Assembly (NCBI GenBank): GCA_964016885.1 | Contig: OZ024740.1 | Coordinates: forward strand, 387,128,001 to 387,192,000 | DNA from: Eledone cirrhosa | Lineage: Eukaryota | Reading direction: 5' to 3' | DNA length: 64,000 bases | In this document: in pieces, positions 38,451-50,524 of the stretch | Numbering within the stretch: the stretch's first letter is position 1 | Layout of the letters: each line of letters starts with the position of its first letter | Translations under genes and position numbers: made by a program | Notes under the pieces: model-generated | What the model was told of the DNA's origin: nothing | Databases searched by the model: none | What the model saw: the letters and a program-made list of their open reading frames with translations, nothing else

Positions 38451-40087
38451 GCATTTATATTTTAATTTATATTTTTAAAAATCTAATATTTAAATGATCC
38501 TAGAAATGTGGTTTCGATACCTGCCAGGAGTTAGTAAATTATGACATTAAAAAAAATTAAACCGAACATCATATTTTGCTTAGGTAAAATAAAATTAATG
38601 AGAGATTGAAACGAGTAACCTAAACAGTGTAGCATGTTCAACATTCCACATGCTCATCATCACATCGACGACCCCCCTTTTTTTTTTTTTTTGTGGGGAA
38701 AAAAAGATTTACTTAAAGTAGCCATGTATGTATGTATGGTCCTGTAACTCTTGATAGAGTCGAAGGGACGCCGTATTGACATACGGCGTTTCTTGGGCAT
38801 TTTAAGCCTATCAGAGTCCATCCCTCCCAGGCCTGAGTAGAGCAGATTGCTTCCAGAGAAAGATAGAAAGTGAGAGGAAATGAGAAAGATATATAGAGGA
38901 AGAATCGACCCAGTATGAAAAAAGTAGCTATATATACATTAAAAATTCATAGTAGAATCACGGACAGTTGCTAGGCATGTGTGAAAGTCTAGGTTACGTA
39001 GGAAGCTGGATTATTGTTGTTTTAGGTTTTAAACTCTGTTGGAAGAAAGTAAGATAGTTTTATTTTTGTTTTGTTTTTTAAGACCCTGTAGTAAGGCGCC
39101 TTACGCCCCCTGGCGGATAATGGATCGGGCATAGTTGTCTCCCCCCTGGTGGAGAACACCGAGGTAACCAGCAGACAGCCACGGGAAAGCAGACGGCATA
39201 CACGCCACAGAAAACAGCCTCTGTACCACGAAACGATAAACAGCCATCGGAAACAGCAATATGTTGGATCGGAATAACAATATGTTGGATTTGATGTTTT
39301 GGAAAGGCTACGGTGGCGAGGAGTTGAATAAGATCGTGAGCGGCTCCTCTGCTGTCCAAAAGACCTGAATTCCTGGCACAACTCTGCCACAATACCTTTG
39401 TAATTGTAATACGCTCCTTTTACCACACTGGTGACCGACGTAAGAATTTTACGCAGCCTTTTTATTCAGTTGAACTTCACTGTTATTACCACGTTGCCAA
39501 CCTTTTCGCAACTTACAAAAATACAAAAAAAAGACAAAGAAATAATAAAGTGTTTATACAGTATTGACAAGGTATACAAACCAGCCAAAAATTTTTTCAA
39601 AGATTGCGTTGCTTTCCTTCCCCGTTTTGTAATTTTCCGCCAGGACAGGGACATTTTGAATTACGTGTGTGTGTTCCATAACTGATCAAGGGAAAAAAAA
39701 CTTTTTTGTGAACATTACTGCACCGCAGGGGATATATATGCCTTACTTCTTTTCCTAAGGGATTTTTAGCCACAGGCTACCTATTGTTGATATCCAACGT
39801 GGATATATTCTAAAACAAACATTTTTTTTTCTCTTTTTCACGGGTTATTTGATTTGGCTTGCCCGTTGAAGCAACACAAGGGGACAGACGTTGAAGGAAA
39901 TTTTTTTTTTTTTTTAATATATATATGTATTTTATGTATTTTTACTATTTCCTAATGTTTTGAATGTCTGTTTCTTTTTGACCTTTCATTTTTTTTCCAT
40001 TTTGGGTGTTTTCTTTTCCCTGTACGAGGGAACATTAATTGCTGTTTATATATATATATATATATATATATTTTTAAACGTTTCACA

Positions 40088-40866
40088 ATGAATACGCCAC
40101 ATTTTCTCGCCTTTACCGGAAACCCTAAGCTGTGGTTCGCCCAGCTACAAGCGTATTTTACGGTCTGTAAGACCGAGTCTGACCAGCGCCTCGCTGTCTT
40201 GATTAGCGGACTTCCCCCTAATTTAGCAGATTCGGTCCAAGACCTAATTACAGACCCCCCCCCTCTGACTTAACGTATGAGTCTTTAAAAGGCGAGATCT
40301 TGAGAAGGAACTGTAAGTCGGTAGAGAGTCGTTTTCGGTCATTGATCGAGGACGAACGACTAGGTGACAGGATCCCTACTGCTTTTCTCCGGCATTTGCG
40401 GGAATTGAGCGATTCCCAAGATCAGGATAGCCCTTTCCTGAAGCAATTGTTCTTCTCTCGCCTACCTCAAGAGGTACAGGCGATCCTAGCCCATATGCTA
40501 GAAGTAAATACCCTCGACCACATTGCTGTCTCTGCTGACAAAATAGTAGAAGTGACGAAGAGAGACACTTCGAAGCAAAAGTACGTTTCTTCCTCTTCTC
40601 TTCCTCAATCACGCTCATCAGCGAGTGATGAGAAATTAGTCAGAACAATGGAAGCCATGACTCGTCAAATGGCGGAGTTGTGCCAGGAATTCAGGTCTTT
40701 TGGACGGCAGAGGAGCCGCTCACGAACTTATTCAACTCCTCGCCACCGTAGCCTTTCCAAAACATCAAATCCAACATATTGTTATTACCATGACAAATAT
40801 GGTGACAAAGCCGCCCGTTGTAGGCCTCCTTGTGCTTACAAGGGAAACGACGACCAGAGTCACTAA
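40088..40866 (+). pseudogene. gag: Gag, frameshifted near 40270
   Basis: NPKLWFAQLQAYF, LGDRIPTAFLRHLRELS, CHCC motif CYYHDKYGDKAARCRPPC. Confidence 0.9.
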
Positions 40867-40899
40867 CGGCGGATAGTGCGCTCTGTAAACATCATCCAA

Positions 40900-43800
40900 C
40901 CGCCACTTTTTCATTGAGGACCTGCTATCAGGTAGAGCCTTTCTGGTTGACACAGGTGCAGTTTGTTCAATATGGCCTGTGTGTTGTATGAAGGAGACTC
41001 CCCCTGAGACACCTATTGAGTTGCAGGCAGTAAATTGTTCGCCGATTCGAACCTTCGGACAAATCTCGCTACCTTTGCAGTTCCGTAATCTGCGGCGTGA
41101 GTTTAAATGGATTTTTACTGTCGCTGCCTTGCCGTATCCGATTCTAGGCGCGGATTTTCTCCACCACTTTTCATTGACGGTGGACCTCCATCGTAAGCGC
41201 CTAATTGATTGCATCACTGATTTAACTGTTGTTGGCAAGGGAGCAGGAGTTCCAACGGTTAGCCCGACCTTTTTTCTTGCTAACACCGGCGATACTTACC
41301 ATGCGTTGTTGAACTCGTTCCCGCAACTGACTCAGGGAAATTTTCGAGTTGATGAGCCAACTCATACCACGGAGCACTTCATATCTACAACTGGTGCTCC
41401 CGTTTTTTCTGGTCCTCGTCGCTTGCCTCCGGACAAACTCAAAGCAGCACGATCAGAGTTTGATCATATGCTGCAGTTGGGGATTATTCGTCCGTCCACG
41501 AGCCCGTGGGCGTCCCCATTACACATGGTACCGAAAGCGACTGGCGATTGGAGACCTACTGGAGATTATCGACGCTTAAATTCGATAACGGAACCGGACC
41601 GTTATCCTATCCCTCATCTGCAAGACTTTGCGTCTTCGTTGCAGGGATGCAAGATATTCTCCAAACTGGATTTAATTCGTGCGTACCATCAAATTCCTGT
41701 TCATAAAAATGACATTCCAAAAACGGCTATAGTTACGCCATTTGGGTCATTTGAGTTTTTGACCATGCCGTTCGGATTAAGGAATGCCGCTAGTACGTTT
41801 CAGCGGTTTATGGATGAGGTTACTCGTGGCCTCGATTTCGTCTATACCTATATTGACGACCTGCTCATTGCTAGTTCTTCTCAAGAACAACATACGCACC
41901 ATTTGAATCTTCTTTTCCGCCGATTGAAGGCGTATAACGTGCAGATTAATGCACCCAAATGTGTTTTTGGTGCTGAGCCACTGACTTTCTTGGGTCAGGT
42001 CATCGATGCTGACGGTATTCGACCCCGGCCTGAGCGAGTTAAGGTCATAGAGGATTTGCCTACACCGACCTCACTACGTCAGTTACGCCAGTTCTTAGGC
42101 CTGATTAACTTTTATAGGCGTTTCGTGCCAAATTGTGCAAGATTGCTTTTCTCCCTGACAGAAATTTAAAAAAATTGTCGGAGGAAGAACAAGGACATTT
42201 CTTTGACCGAGACTCAACTTGCTGATTTTCAGCACGCCAAAACTGCTTTGGCTAATGCCTCTTTACTGGCTCACCCGGTACCCGGTGCAAAGCTAACACT
42301 TTGTGTTGATGCATCGGATATCGCTGTGGGCGCAGTGCTACAGCAAAACACCAATGGTTACCAGCAACCGCTGGAGTTCTTTTCCAGAAAGATAAAACCT
42401 GCTGAGACGCGCTACAGCACCTTTGGAAGGGAGCTTTTGGCCATCTATTTAGCCGTGAAACATTTTTCACATATGCTAGAGGGTAGACTATTTACTATCC
42501 TCACTGACCATAAACGATTGACTTTTGCCTTGAGAGCGTAGGCTGATAAATACACGCTCAGAGAGACGAGACACCTTGATTTCATCTCGCAATATACGAA
42601 TGAAATCCAACACATTCCGGGTTCCCTGAATACAGCGGCCGATGCTTTGTCCCGCTTACCCGTGACAGCGATCTCGTCACCCTCTGACATAGATCTGACT
42701 CGTTTGGCTGCGGATCAGCCTCCCCTTGAGTCATTGGATGTTACATCGCCTGAGTTTGCGAATTGCGAGATGAAATACTTGCCTCTGTCGACTGCAGTTG
42801 GCTAAATTCTCTGCGACGTCTCTTTGGACGTGCCTAGGCCCTTCGTTCCAGAGAATCATCGTCGGATCGTGTTTCTGGCATTACATGGTTTCTCTCATCC
42901 GGGATCTTCTGCCACAGCAAAGCTCATATCAGCTAGATTTTTCTGGCCAAATATGAGGCGTGAAATTGCTGCTTGTTGCCGTTCCTGCGTCGCTTGCCAG
43001 AAATCAAAGGTCCATCGACACGTCAAGGCTCCACTGGGTACCTTTACTAACCCAGATGCGCGTTTTTCGCACATTCATATTGATATAGTGGGACCTTGGC
43101 CTGTCAGCGATGGTTATTCTTATCTGCTGACCATAATTGACCGATTTTAGAGATGGCCTGAAGCCATCCCCTTGAAAAACATCACCGCTGAGACAACAGC
43201 GCGTGCTCTTGTGTCTGGATGGATCTCTCGTTATGGAGTTCCATCCACAGTAACTACCGACCGTAGACGACAGTTCGAGTCGAGCCTTTTCCTCGAACTG
43301 TCAAAATTAATTGGCGCTAAACGCATCAGAATTACGGCGTACCATCCCGTTTCGAATGGTATGGTGGAGCGTTTTAACCGACAACTGAAGGCCTCCTTAA
43401 TGGCCTCAATGGACTCGGCGCATTGGAGCGAGTACCTCCCTATTGTGCTACTAGGGATTCGGTCAACGGTGAAGGTCGACTTTGGATTTTCACCGGCCGA
43501 AGTACTGTACGGTGCCCCTCTGACGTTGCCTGGGCAAATGCTTGCCCCTATCGATATTCATGCCCAAGATCACGCTTCCTACGTGTCCCGTTTGCGCTCC
43601 TATTTCCAGGATTTGCCGCCAATGGACACTAGGAAACAAACTGTCAAGACTGCTGTCCCGAGGGATGTTGCCTCGTGGACGCATGTCTTTGTAAGGAAAG
43701 ATTCTGTGAAGCCCCCGCTCACACAGCCTTACACTGGACCTTACCGTGTCTTAGCGCGCTCGGCTAAGCATTTCACTTTAGATATTAAAGGGTTCAGGGA

Positions 43801-44023
43801 AACAGTTACAATAGACAGGCTTAAGCAGGCACACCTTGACACGGACGCTGTGGTTCCTGATCCACGAACCCCTTCGTATTTGCCTGTTGAGCGAACGCCT
43901 GTTCCTGAACCACCACCATCGCCTGTCCCTACACCACCACCATCGCCACGTTACAAGACCACGACCCGTTCAGGTCGTAGGGTCCACTGGCCCAAAAAAT
44001 TTTGCAGCACCGTCTATATTTAG
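40900..44023 (+). pseudogene. pol: Pol (protease, RT, RNase H, integrase) with stops and frameshifts
   Basis: [91 protein letters not shown]. Confidence 0.95.
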
Positions 44024-44699
44024 ACTATATTAGCTGCACCTTTGTTTTTGCCTCTGTGTTTCTGCTTTTTCTTTGCCTTGTTTTTCATGCATGTTGTGTT
44101 TTTTAACATTTTTCAAATCCTTATACTGGATTTAATGATTGGTAGAGCGAATAGCTCCCCCTTGTTGCATTGTTCGCTATCTTACTCCACGTGTGAATAA
44201 TAACATCGATTTTCGATGATTTGAAAATCTGGCAGGGGATACTGTAGTAAGACGCCTTACGCCCCCTGGCGGATAATGGATCAGGCATAGTTGTCTCCCC
44301 CTGGTGGAGAACACCGAGGTAACCAGCAGACAGCCACGGGAAAACAGACGGCATACACGCCACAGAAAACAGCCTCTGTACCACGAAACGATAAACAGCC
44401 ATCGGAAACAGCAAACCCACAATACCTTTGTAATTGTAATACGCTCCCTTCACCACAACTGACTGTGTCTATATTTGGTATGTTTCATTTGTAATATAAT
44501 AAACACATATAAACAAAATAAACATCACCATTATTTACATTTGTTGAATATAACTCTCGTTGTGGTTATTGTCTTGTTTACGCACACACCCACTCACTTT
44601 GTTATAATTCTCACTTACAAAAATGGTAAATAGACGAGAGACCTTCCCTCACGTCTATGTCGATAAACAATCCAACTAGGATACATCAATTTACCACAA

Positions 44700-45421
44700 C
44701 CCAAAACCTGACGCTATTATGTATGAGCAAGACACGTCACCAGTGTGCATGCGCAAGATCTGGCACTAATGTACATATGCATGACCCTCAGCTATTTCAC
44801 ATGCATAAGAGCTGTGGCCAGTGCACATGTGCAAGACCAAAGGCAAGTGCGCATGCACAAGACACGGCACTAATGCACAAGCGTAAGAAATAATGCAAGT
44901 GCCACTGCAGAAGAATAGAGGTGAGTGTGCATGTGCAAGACCATACACTAAGGAGCATGCACAAGGCTTGGAACTAGTGCTCATGTACAATACTTGGCGT
45001 CAGTGTGCATACACAAGACAAAATGCAATTGTGCATGTGTAGGACTCATTGCAAGTGTGCACGTTAAAGAACCAACACTAATGCACATGCAAAACACACA
45101 ACACTTGTTTGCATGTGCAAGGCATGGCGCAAGAACCAACACGATTACATATACACAAGAACCAACACGAGTACATATACACAAGAACCAACACGAGTAC
45201 ACATACACAAGAACCAACACGAGTACACATACACAAGAACCAACACGAGTACACATACACAAGAACCAACACGAGTACACATACACAAGAACCAACACGA
45301 TTACACATACACAAGAACCAACACGATTACATATACACAAGAACCAACACGAGTACATATACACAAGAACCAACACGATTACACATACACAAGAACCAAC
45401 ACGATTACACATACACAAGAA
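44700..45421 (+). repeat. 26 bp satellite: diverged units 44700-45128, then ~11 homogeneous units 45129-45421
   Basis: caagaaccaacacga(g/t)taca(c/t)ataca in tandem; translated ORFs repeat every 26 aa (3 units). Confidence 0.93.
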
Positions 45422-46080
45422 CACAGAGTGGGCGATCCAGTTGGTATATCGGGAATCTGGGTTTGTTAGGTTCCGTGGTGTTGTTGCCGAGAGTCGATAT
45501 CCATTTTAGTTGGTAGGCAGCCCGACAGAAATTCGTTTCTATGTCGAGCCATAATTTGTCGTCCAGTCTCTGTTTCAATATGAACTTGGGACCCAGGCTG
45601 AGGAGGTCTAATTCCTCTCGGGAGAGGGATCCTGTCAAGTCTGTGACGAGGTGTTTTGCGTCAGGTGTGTTGTTGGTCGGGGCGCCGCTAGGTTCGGTGT
45701 TGGTACCGTCTTGTTCGCCTCTGTTGATGCTTAGAGTTGGGTTGTTGTTAGGACGGTCAGCCGTGCTGAGTTTGAGAAATGTTTGCGTTAGGCGTATTTT
45801 CTCGTAGTCTCGGCGATGGTGGTATGACCTGTCTATAGCGGCGGTGATAACTCTGGACAGAGGTTCTGGGGTTTCAGCGAGTTGTGGTACAAGGCTGGAA
45901 ATAGTCCGTATGTGTTGTTGTAGCGTGCGGTGTAGGTGTTGTATGAGTTTTCTTAGGCAGAAATTTTGTATGTAGCTAAGTGATCGTTTGAGGCCTGGTG
46001 ATTTGAAGCATGTTGGTAGGTGCAAGTTTTTGATAGTTTTGGGGATGATGTTGTTATTCAGGCATCGTTTTAGGAAGTGA
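45422..46080 (-). pseudogene. PLE-4 N-terminal ORF segment, inverted relative to the rest
   Basis: HFLKRCLNNNIIPK ... VTDLT..LS.EE.DLLSLGPKF, typical of the pre-RT region of PLE ORFs. Confidence 0.75.
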
Positions 46081-46089
46081 GGAGGCGGA

Positions 46090-47480
46090 TAAAATATACA
46101 CAACATTCTCCAGCATGGACGCCAGTATAAAGTTCAGCATGGAACACCCCGATGACCGTGGATCCCTATCCCTACTGGACTTCCAGCTCAGGGTGACAGA
46201 AGAAGGCAACATCCACACTTGCTTGTATAAAAAAGCCGCCAGTAGGGACCTGTTCGTACATTTCAAATCGGCCCTCCCAGCCAGCGCTAAGTTCGGATAC
46301 ATAAGGAACGAATTAACACGTATCCGGAACAAATGCACCGACGCTAGAGACCGAGACACACACACCACACATTTCCTGGAAGTACTCAAACTGAACGGAT
46401 ACACGACATCCACCACAAACCGTGCCAGAAAGAACAGAGGACACCACACCCGAGGCACTAACACTTGCTTCCTGAAGCTCCCACACTTCAGTGACGAAAC
46501 AACAACAGCCATCCGCAGAGCTATCAGACGAGAGGGACTAGATATCCAACTGGTCCACTCAGGTCCTTCTCTACGCGGACAGCTAACCAAAAGACACTCC
46601 ACCAGACATGACAACCGCTGCAGGCTAGCCAACTGCCCCCTCAACGACACAGACCTATGCCACCAGGCTTAAGTCGTATACAAACTAGAGTGCGACAAAT
46701 GCAGCAACTTCTACGTAGGTAGCACCACCAGACCACTCCACATAAGAATAAAAGAACAACTCAATACTAACGCTTCCTCATTTAAGAAACACCTAGTTAA
46801 ATGCAAAAACACCGACAAAACCATAACAGTTAGGATAGAAACTAAGGAAAGAAACCTCGACAATCTTAGAATTAAGGAAGCACTAATTATAGACAAAACA
46901 CAACCACCAATCAATAATAGACTAGAACTCAACACCCAATTTATAACTTGATATAGCATCTAGCCCCATATTTACCCGCCCCCTCCCTCCCACACACACA
47001 CGCTTACACCTCCACTTATTCTCTCTCTCACACACACACATACACACACAAAGACCAGTTCTAACACGAGATAACATCTATCCCCCACATTTACGTATAG
47101 ACATATCTTCTCACACTCTCTCTCACACACACACACACACATACTTACACCTCACACATTCTCCCACACACTTAAACAGGCATGTACAAAAAAACCCTTT
47201 TAAAGAGAGACTACTCTTTATCCACCTAACCTTAACTCTTTGACATTAGAGATAGAACAGATACTCTATAGCATTTCCTGTCAGCATGACTTGGCAAGCT
47301 ATTTAGAACACTGGTTTAACCGCATTACTTCCTTCCGAAGAAGAGATATTATCTCGAAAATTAAGGACATTTAAATAAATCTAAGGTAAAAGACTAATTG
47401 TCAACAATATCTTTTGCATTTGCATTCTTTATTCTATGTCCATACCTGCATTGTTTTGGCTTTATTATACATATACAAAC

Positions 47481-47485
<5 letters not shown>
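46090..47485 (+). mobile_element. PLE-4 3' part (RT thumb + GIY-YIG to ~46950, one in-frame stop) and tail ending at (TA)n
   Basis: IKFSMEH..LSLLDF..V..YKK, NGY, LPHF, C..C..C, VVYKLECDKC..FYVGSTTRPLHIRIKE, LRIKEALII...QPPIN. Confidence 0.88.
47330..47367 (+). ncRNA. Degenerate minimal HHR motif in the PLE-4 tail
   Basis: UCCUU-CcGAAGA-A-GAGAU.auu.AUCUC-GAAA-auu-AAGGA; U4 changed to C, stem III almost absent. Confidence 0.45.
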
Positions 47486-47544
<59 letters not shown>

Positions 47545-47913
47545 TATACATAAATATATATAAATATACAGTATATAGTGGGTTCTCTTCTTGCTCACAT
47601 CTCACTCACGTCGGACGGTCTGTATCTTGATCGCTCATGAAATCCACCCAGCTTATGCTGATAACCATGTTGCTTGTTTATTCCCATATTTGCGTTGCTT
47701 TCTCCTTCTATGTTGTTTACTTGTCTCACTCGCTTTACTTGTCCCAATAGCTTTTTTTAGTTATTGCTCGCACCAACCTGAGGTATATGATTTTTAATGC
47801 GATGAAATATCAATGATGGTTGGCAAATCACTGACGAAGGACTAATTTTATCATATGTAACCCATGTGTAACCACACAGTATTCTTCTTTCTTCTCATGT
47901 TTTTATATATATA

Positions 47914-48237
47914 GATTCCTTTCTTTGTTTCTGTGCCTCTCCTTTGTTCTGTCCTACGCCATTTTGTTTCACACACAGAAACAAAATGGCGTAGGACAGA
48001 ACAAAGGAGAGGCACAGAAACAAAGAAAGGAATCCCCAGTCACTGAAGAGGTCACAGAGTGTGTGATGAAAGAACTATGACAATATATAAACAACTATCT
48101 GGTTGTGGAACCAACCAACCAACCATAAATTTATAAATTTATAAATTTATTATAAATTTATTATAATAAATTGAAGTGAAACAACTGGTGCGTGTGTTTC
48201 TTATTGGCAACATGACCCTCCCAAAGTATAACAATAT
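47914..48237 (+). mobile_element. Solo PLE-3-family tail with a perfect 57 bp-arm 5' hairpin and an HHR motif (48039-48081)
   Basis: Homologous to the reverse complement of 12843-13110; arms 47914-47970 and 47978-48034; GUCA-CUGAAGA-G-GUCACA..UGUGAU-GAAA-gaac-UA^UGAC. Confidence 0.88.
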
Positions 48238-48291
48238 CGGTTTCAACACACGATTTCAGATAAAGAATCTTGCTAAACAAATTCAGAAACG

Positions 48292-48371
<80 letters not shown>

Positions 48372-48709
48372 CAGTTATCTCACCACATTAGTGTTTCAGA
48401 AAATAGCTAATTTTATAATTCTGAGAGGAAAAATTAAAAATTTTAAATATTTGTGAAGGAATTCAGAAGTAGATTCCTGTGAGAGATTATATTTTGTTTT
48501 TTTTGTTTTTTACTTTTTTTTAGCTAAGGGGAAGTATTTGCTATTTTTATGGTCTACTTTTTAATATAGAGTAAATAGTGTTTGTTAACCTTTCTGTTAC
48601 ACTATTTCTAAAAAAAAAAAAGATAACACCATCAATGGTTTTCAAGTCATTTTGAAAATAATAAAGAATTTGAGGGCATTTAATAAGACAAGTAACTTTC
48701 TCATTATTA

Positions 48710-49325
48710 ATTGGCAGTATCGATAGAGCGTCGGACAACATGATTTGTGGCACAGAGTTACGTCCCTTTACGTTCTGAATATAAATCCTGACAAGATTAG
48801 CTTATGGGGTTGATAAAATAAAGTACCAGTAATGCACTGGTGTTGATTTAATCGACCTCCCCCCCCCCCCAAAAAAAAAATTGGCCTTATGCCAAAATCA
48901 GAAACCATTATTAAGCTGGCGTAAAGGCGGGGCATTTGGTAGAATCATTAGAACGTTGGAGAAAATACTTTGCAGCATTTAGTTGCGGCCTTTTACGTTC
49001 GGAGTTGAAATCCTGCAGAGGTCAACTTTGCCTTTTATCTTTCAGAGGTTGCTAAAATAAAGTAACAGTTAAGTTGATATAATTGACTTCCCACTACACT
49101 CATATTTTAGACTTTGTGTCTAAATTAACAACTGGATTGGCAGTATCGGTAGAGGGTCGGACGCCATGCTTTGACGCATAGAGTTACGGCCCTTGCCATT
49201 CTGAGTTCAAATCCCGCCGAGGTTAACTTTGCCTTTCATCCTTACGGGGTCGATAAAATAAAGTACCAGTAATGTTACTTTATTATTTAATGTTACTGGC
49301 CTTGTGCCAAAAGTAGAAACAATTA
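48710..49325 (+). mobile_element. Tandem array of three Deu/Nin-core SINEs
   Basis: A-box tggcagtatcgg, B-box gttcaaatcc, core cctttcatccttacggggtcgataaaataaagtaccag. Confidence 0.88.
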
Positions 49326-49512
49326 TTAAGCTGGTGTTTGGAGCATAACTTAACATATGTTCTTAAATAAATATGTGATGGCAGATTTTTTTTTAGATAA
49401 ATATACACGTTTTAAAACAAGCAGTTGTGTATCATAAATAAAACCAGTGGTGGGTTCAGTTGGTTTGGTATCAGTTGAAGATGTATGGAATGTAGAAAGA
49501 GAGCAGGATAGG

Positions 49513-49678
49513 CAGTGTCAGATTTACCATTGTGCTTAGGTGTACTTAAGCACAGGGCCCCATTAGTCAGCGGGGCCCATCTTCCTCCCCACAAATTGTT
49601 TTACCTCTTTCAGGGTCCAAGTAAGAGGCCTCATAAGTTAACTAGCACAGGGCCTCATTTGTCCTAAATCCGGCACTG
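49513..49678 (+). mobile_element. hAT MITE family A, copy 2
   Basis: TIRs cagtgtcagattta / taaatccggcactg; TSD aggatagg / aagatagg. Confidence 0.88.
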
Positions 49679-50162
49679 AAGATAGGTATAAATAGCTATA
49701 CCTGAGCACTCCATTGTATCTTAGTAACTTCTTTTTTTTTAATCAATCAATGAACATTTACTGCAATACAAAATGTCCAGTAGTAAAAAATAAACCGTAC
49801 AATATACATGGCAATAAGGAAGTAAAAAAATGGGGAATTAAGCAATGAAAGAAAAGAAGAGAGGAAACAACAGGCTCTACACCCCTGTCTGAGCGGTGTT
49901 TCAGCTATGGCCTGTAAATAAAATATTGCCACGGAGGATGGCCAGCGACAGCCACTGTCATAGCCTCACATGTCCCCTTCCTCAGGCTGCAGGGACTGAA
50001 GACATCTGAGGTCACTGTTTTTGAAAAGAGCATTGATTGTCTCCCTTCCTTTCCCTTCCATTGTTTTAATTAAATAAGCAATTCATTAAAATTCATTCTC
50101 CCCAAAAACTGTATTATCAGGGCTAGATGTTAGCTGCACAAAGTTGATGTGGTTTCAGGTGT

Positions 50163-50231
<69 letters not shown>

Positions 50232-50335
50232 ATATATATATTGCGTTTCGCTTATTTCTACCCGCCGAAATTTATATTTGTATTTATATATACATATATA
50301 TGTCTATTTATTTATCTATCTATCTACCTATCAAT

Positions 50336-50374
<39 letters not shown>

Positions 50375-50524
50375 TTATAGCCTTTTAATCAGCTGGACTT
50401 GAAAATTAACAAGACTGGGACTAGAGCTTTCTTTATCTGTAATTAGTAAGAAGTGAAGGCAGAAAGTCAGCACAGATGACATTTGTGAAAGAAGAGACAA
50501 TGAGAGGTCACAGCTTGATTGTTG

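Larger units (their letters stand above)
39087..44457 (+). mobile_element. Gypsy (Ty3) LTR retrotransposon, CsRn1/Kabuki-like, full length but degenerate
   Basis: LTRs 39087-39427 and 44243-44457 (TGTAG...CCACA); PBS tggtgaccgacgt (tRNA-Trp-like); PPT ctggcaggggatac; PR-RT-RH-IN order. Confidence 0.95.

Noticed and set aside
45129-45421. CRISPR-like appearance of the 26 bp array and its repetitive ORFs
   Set aside because: No unique spacers, no cas genes, eukaryotic context; a plain minisatellite.
47829-47845. CUGACGAAGG motif
   Set aside because: No downstream stem II closure or GAAA.
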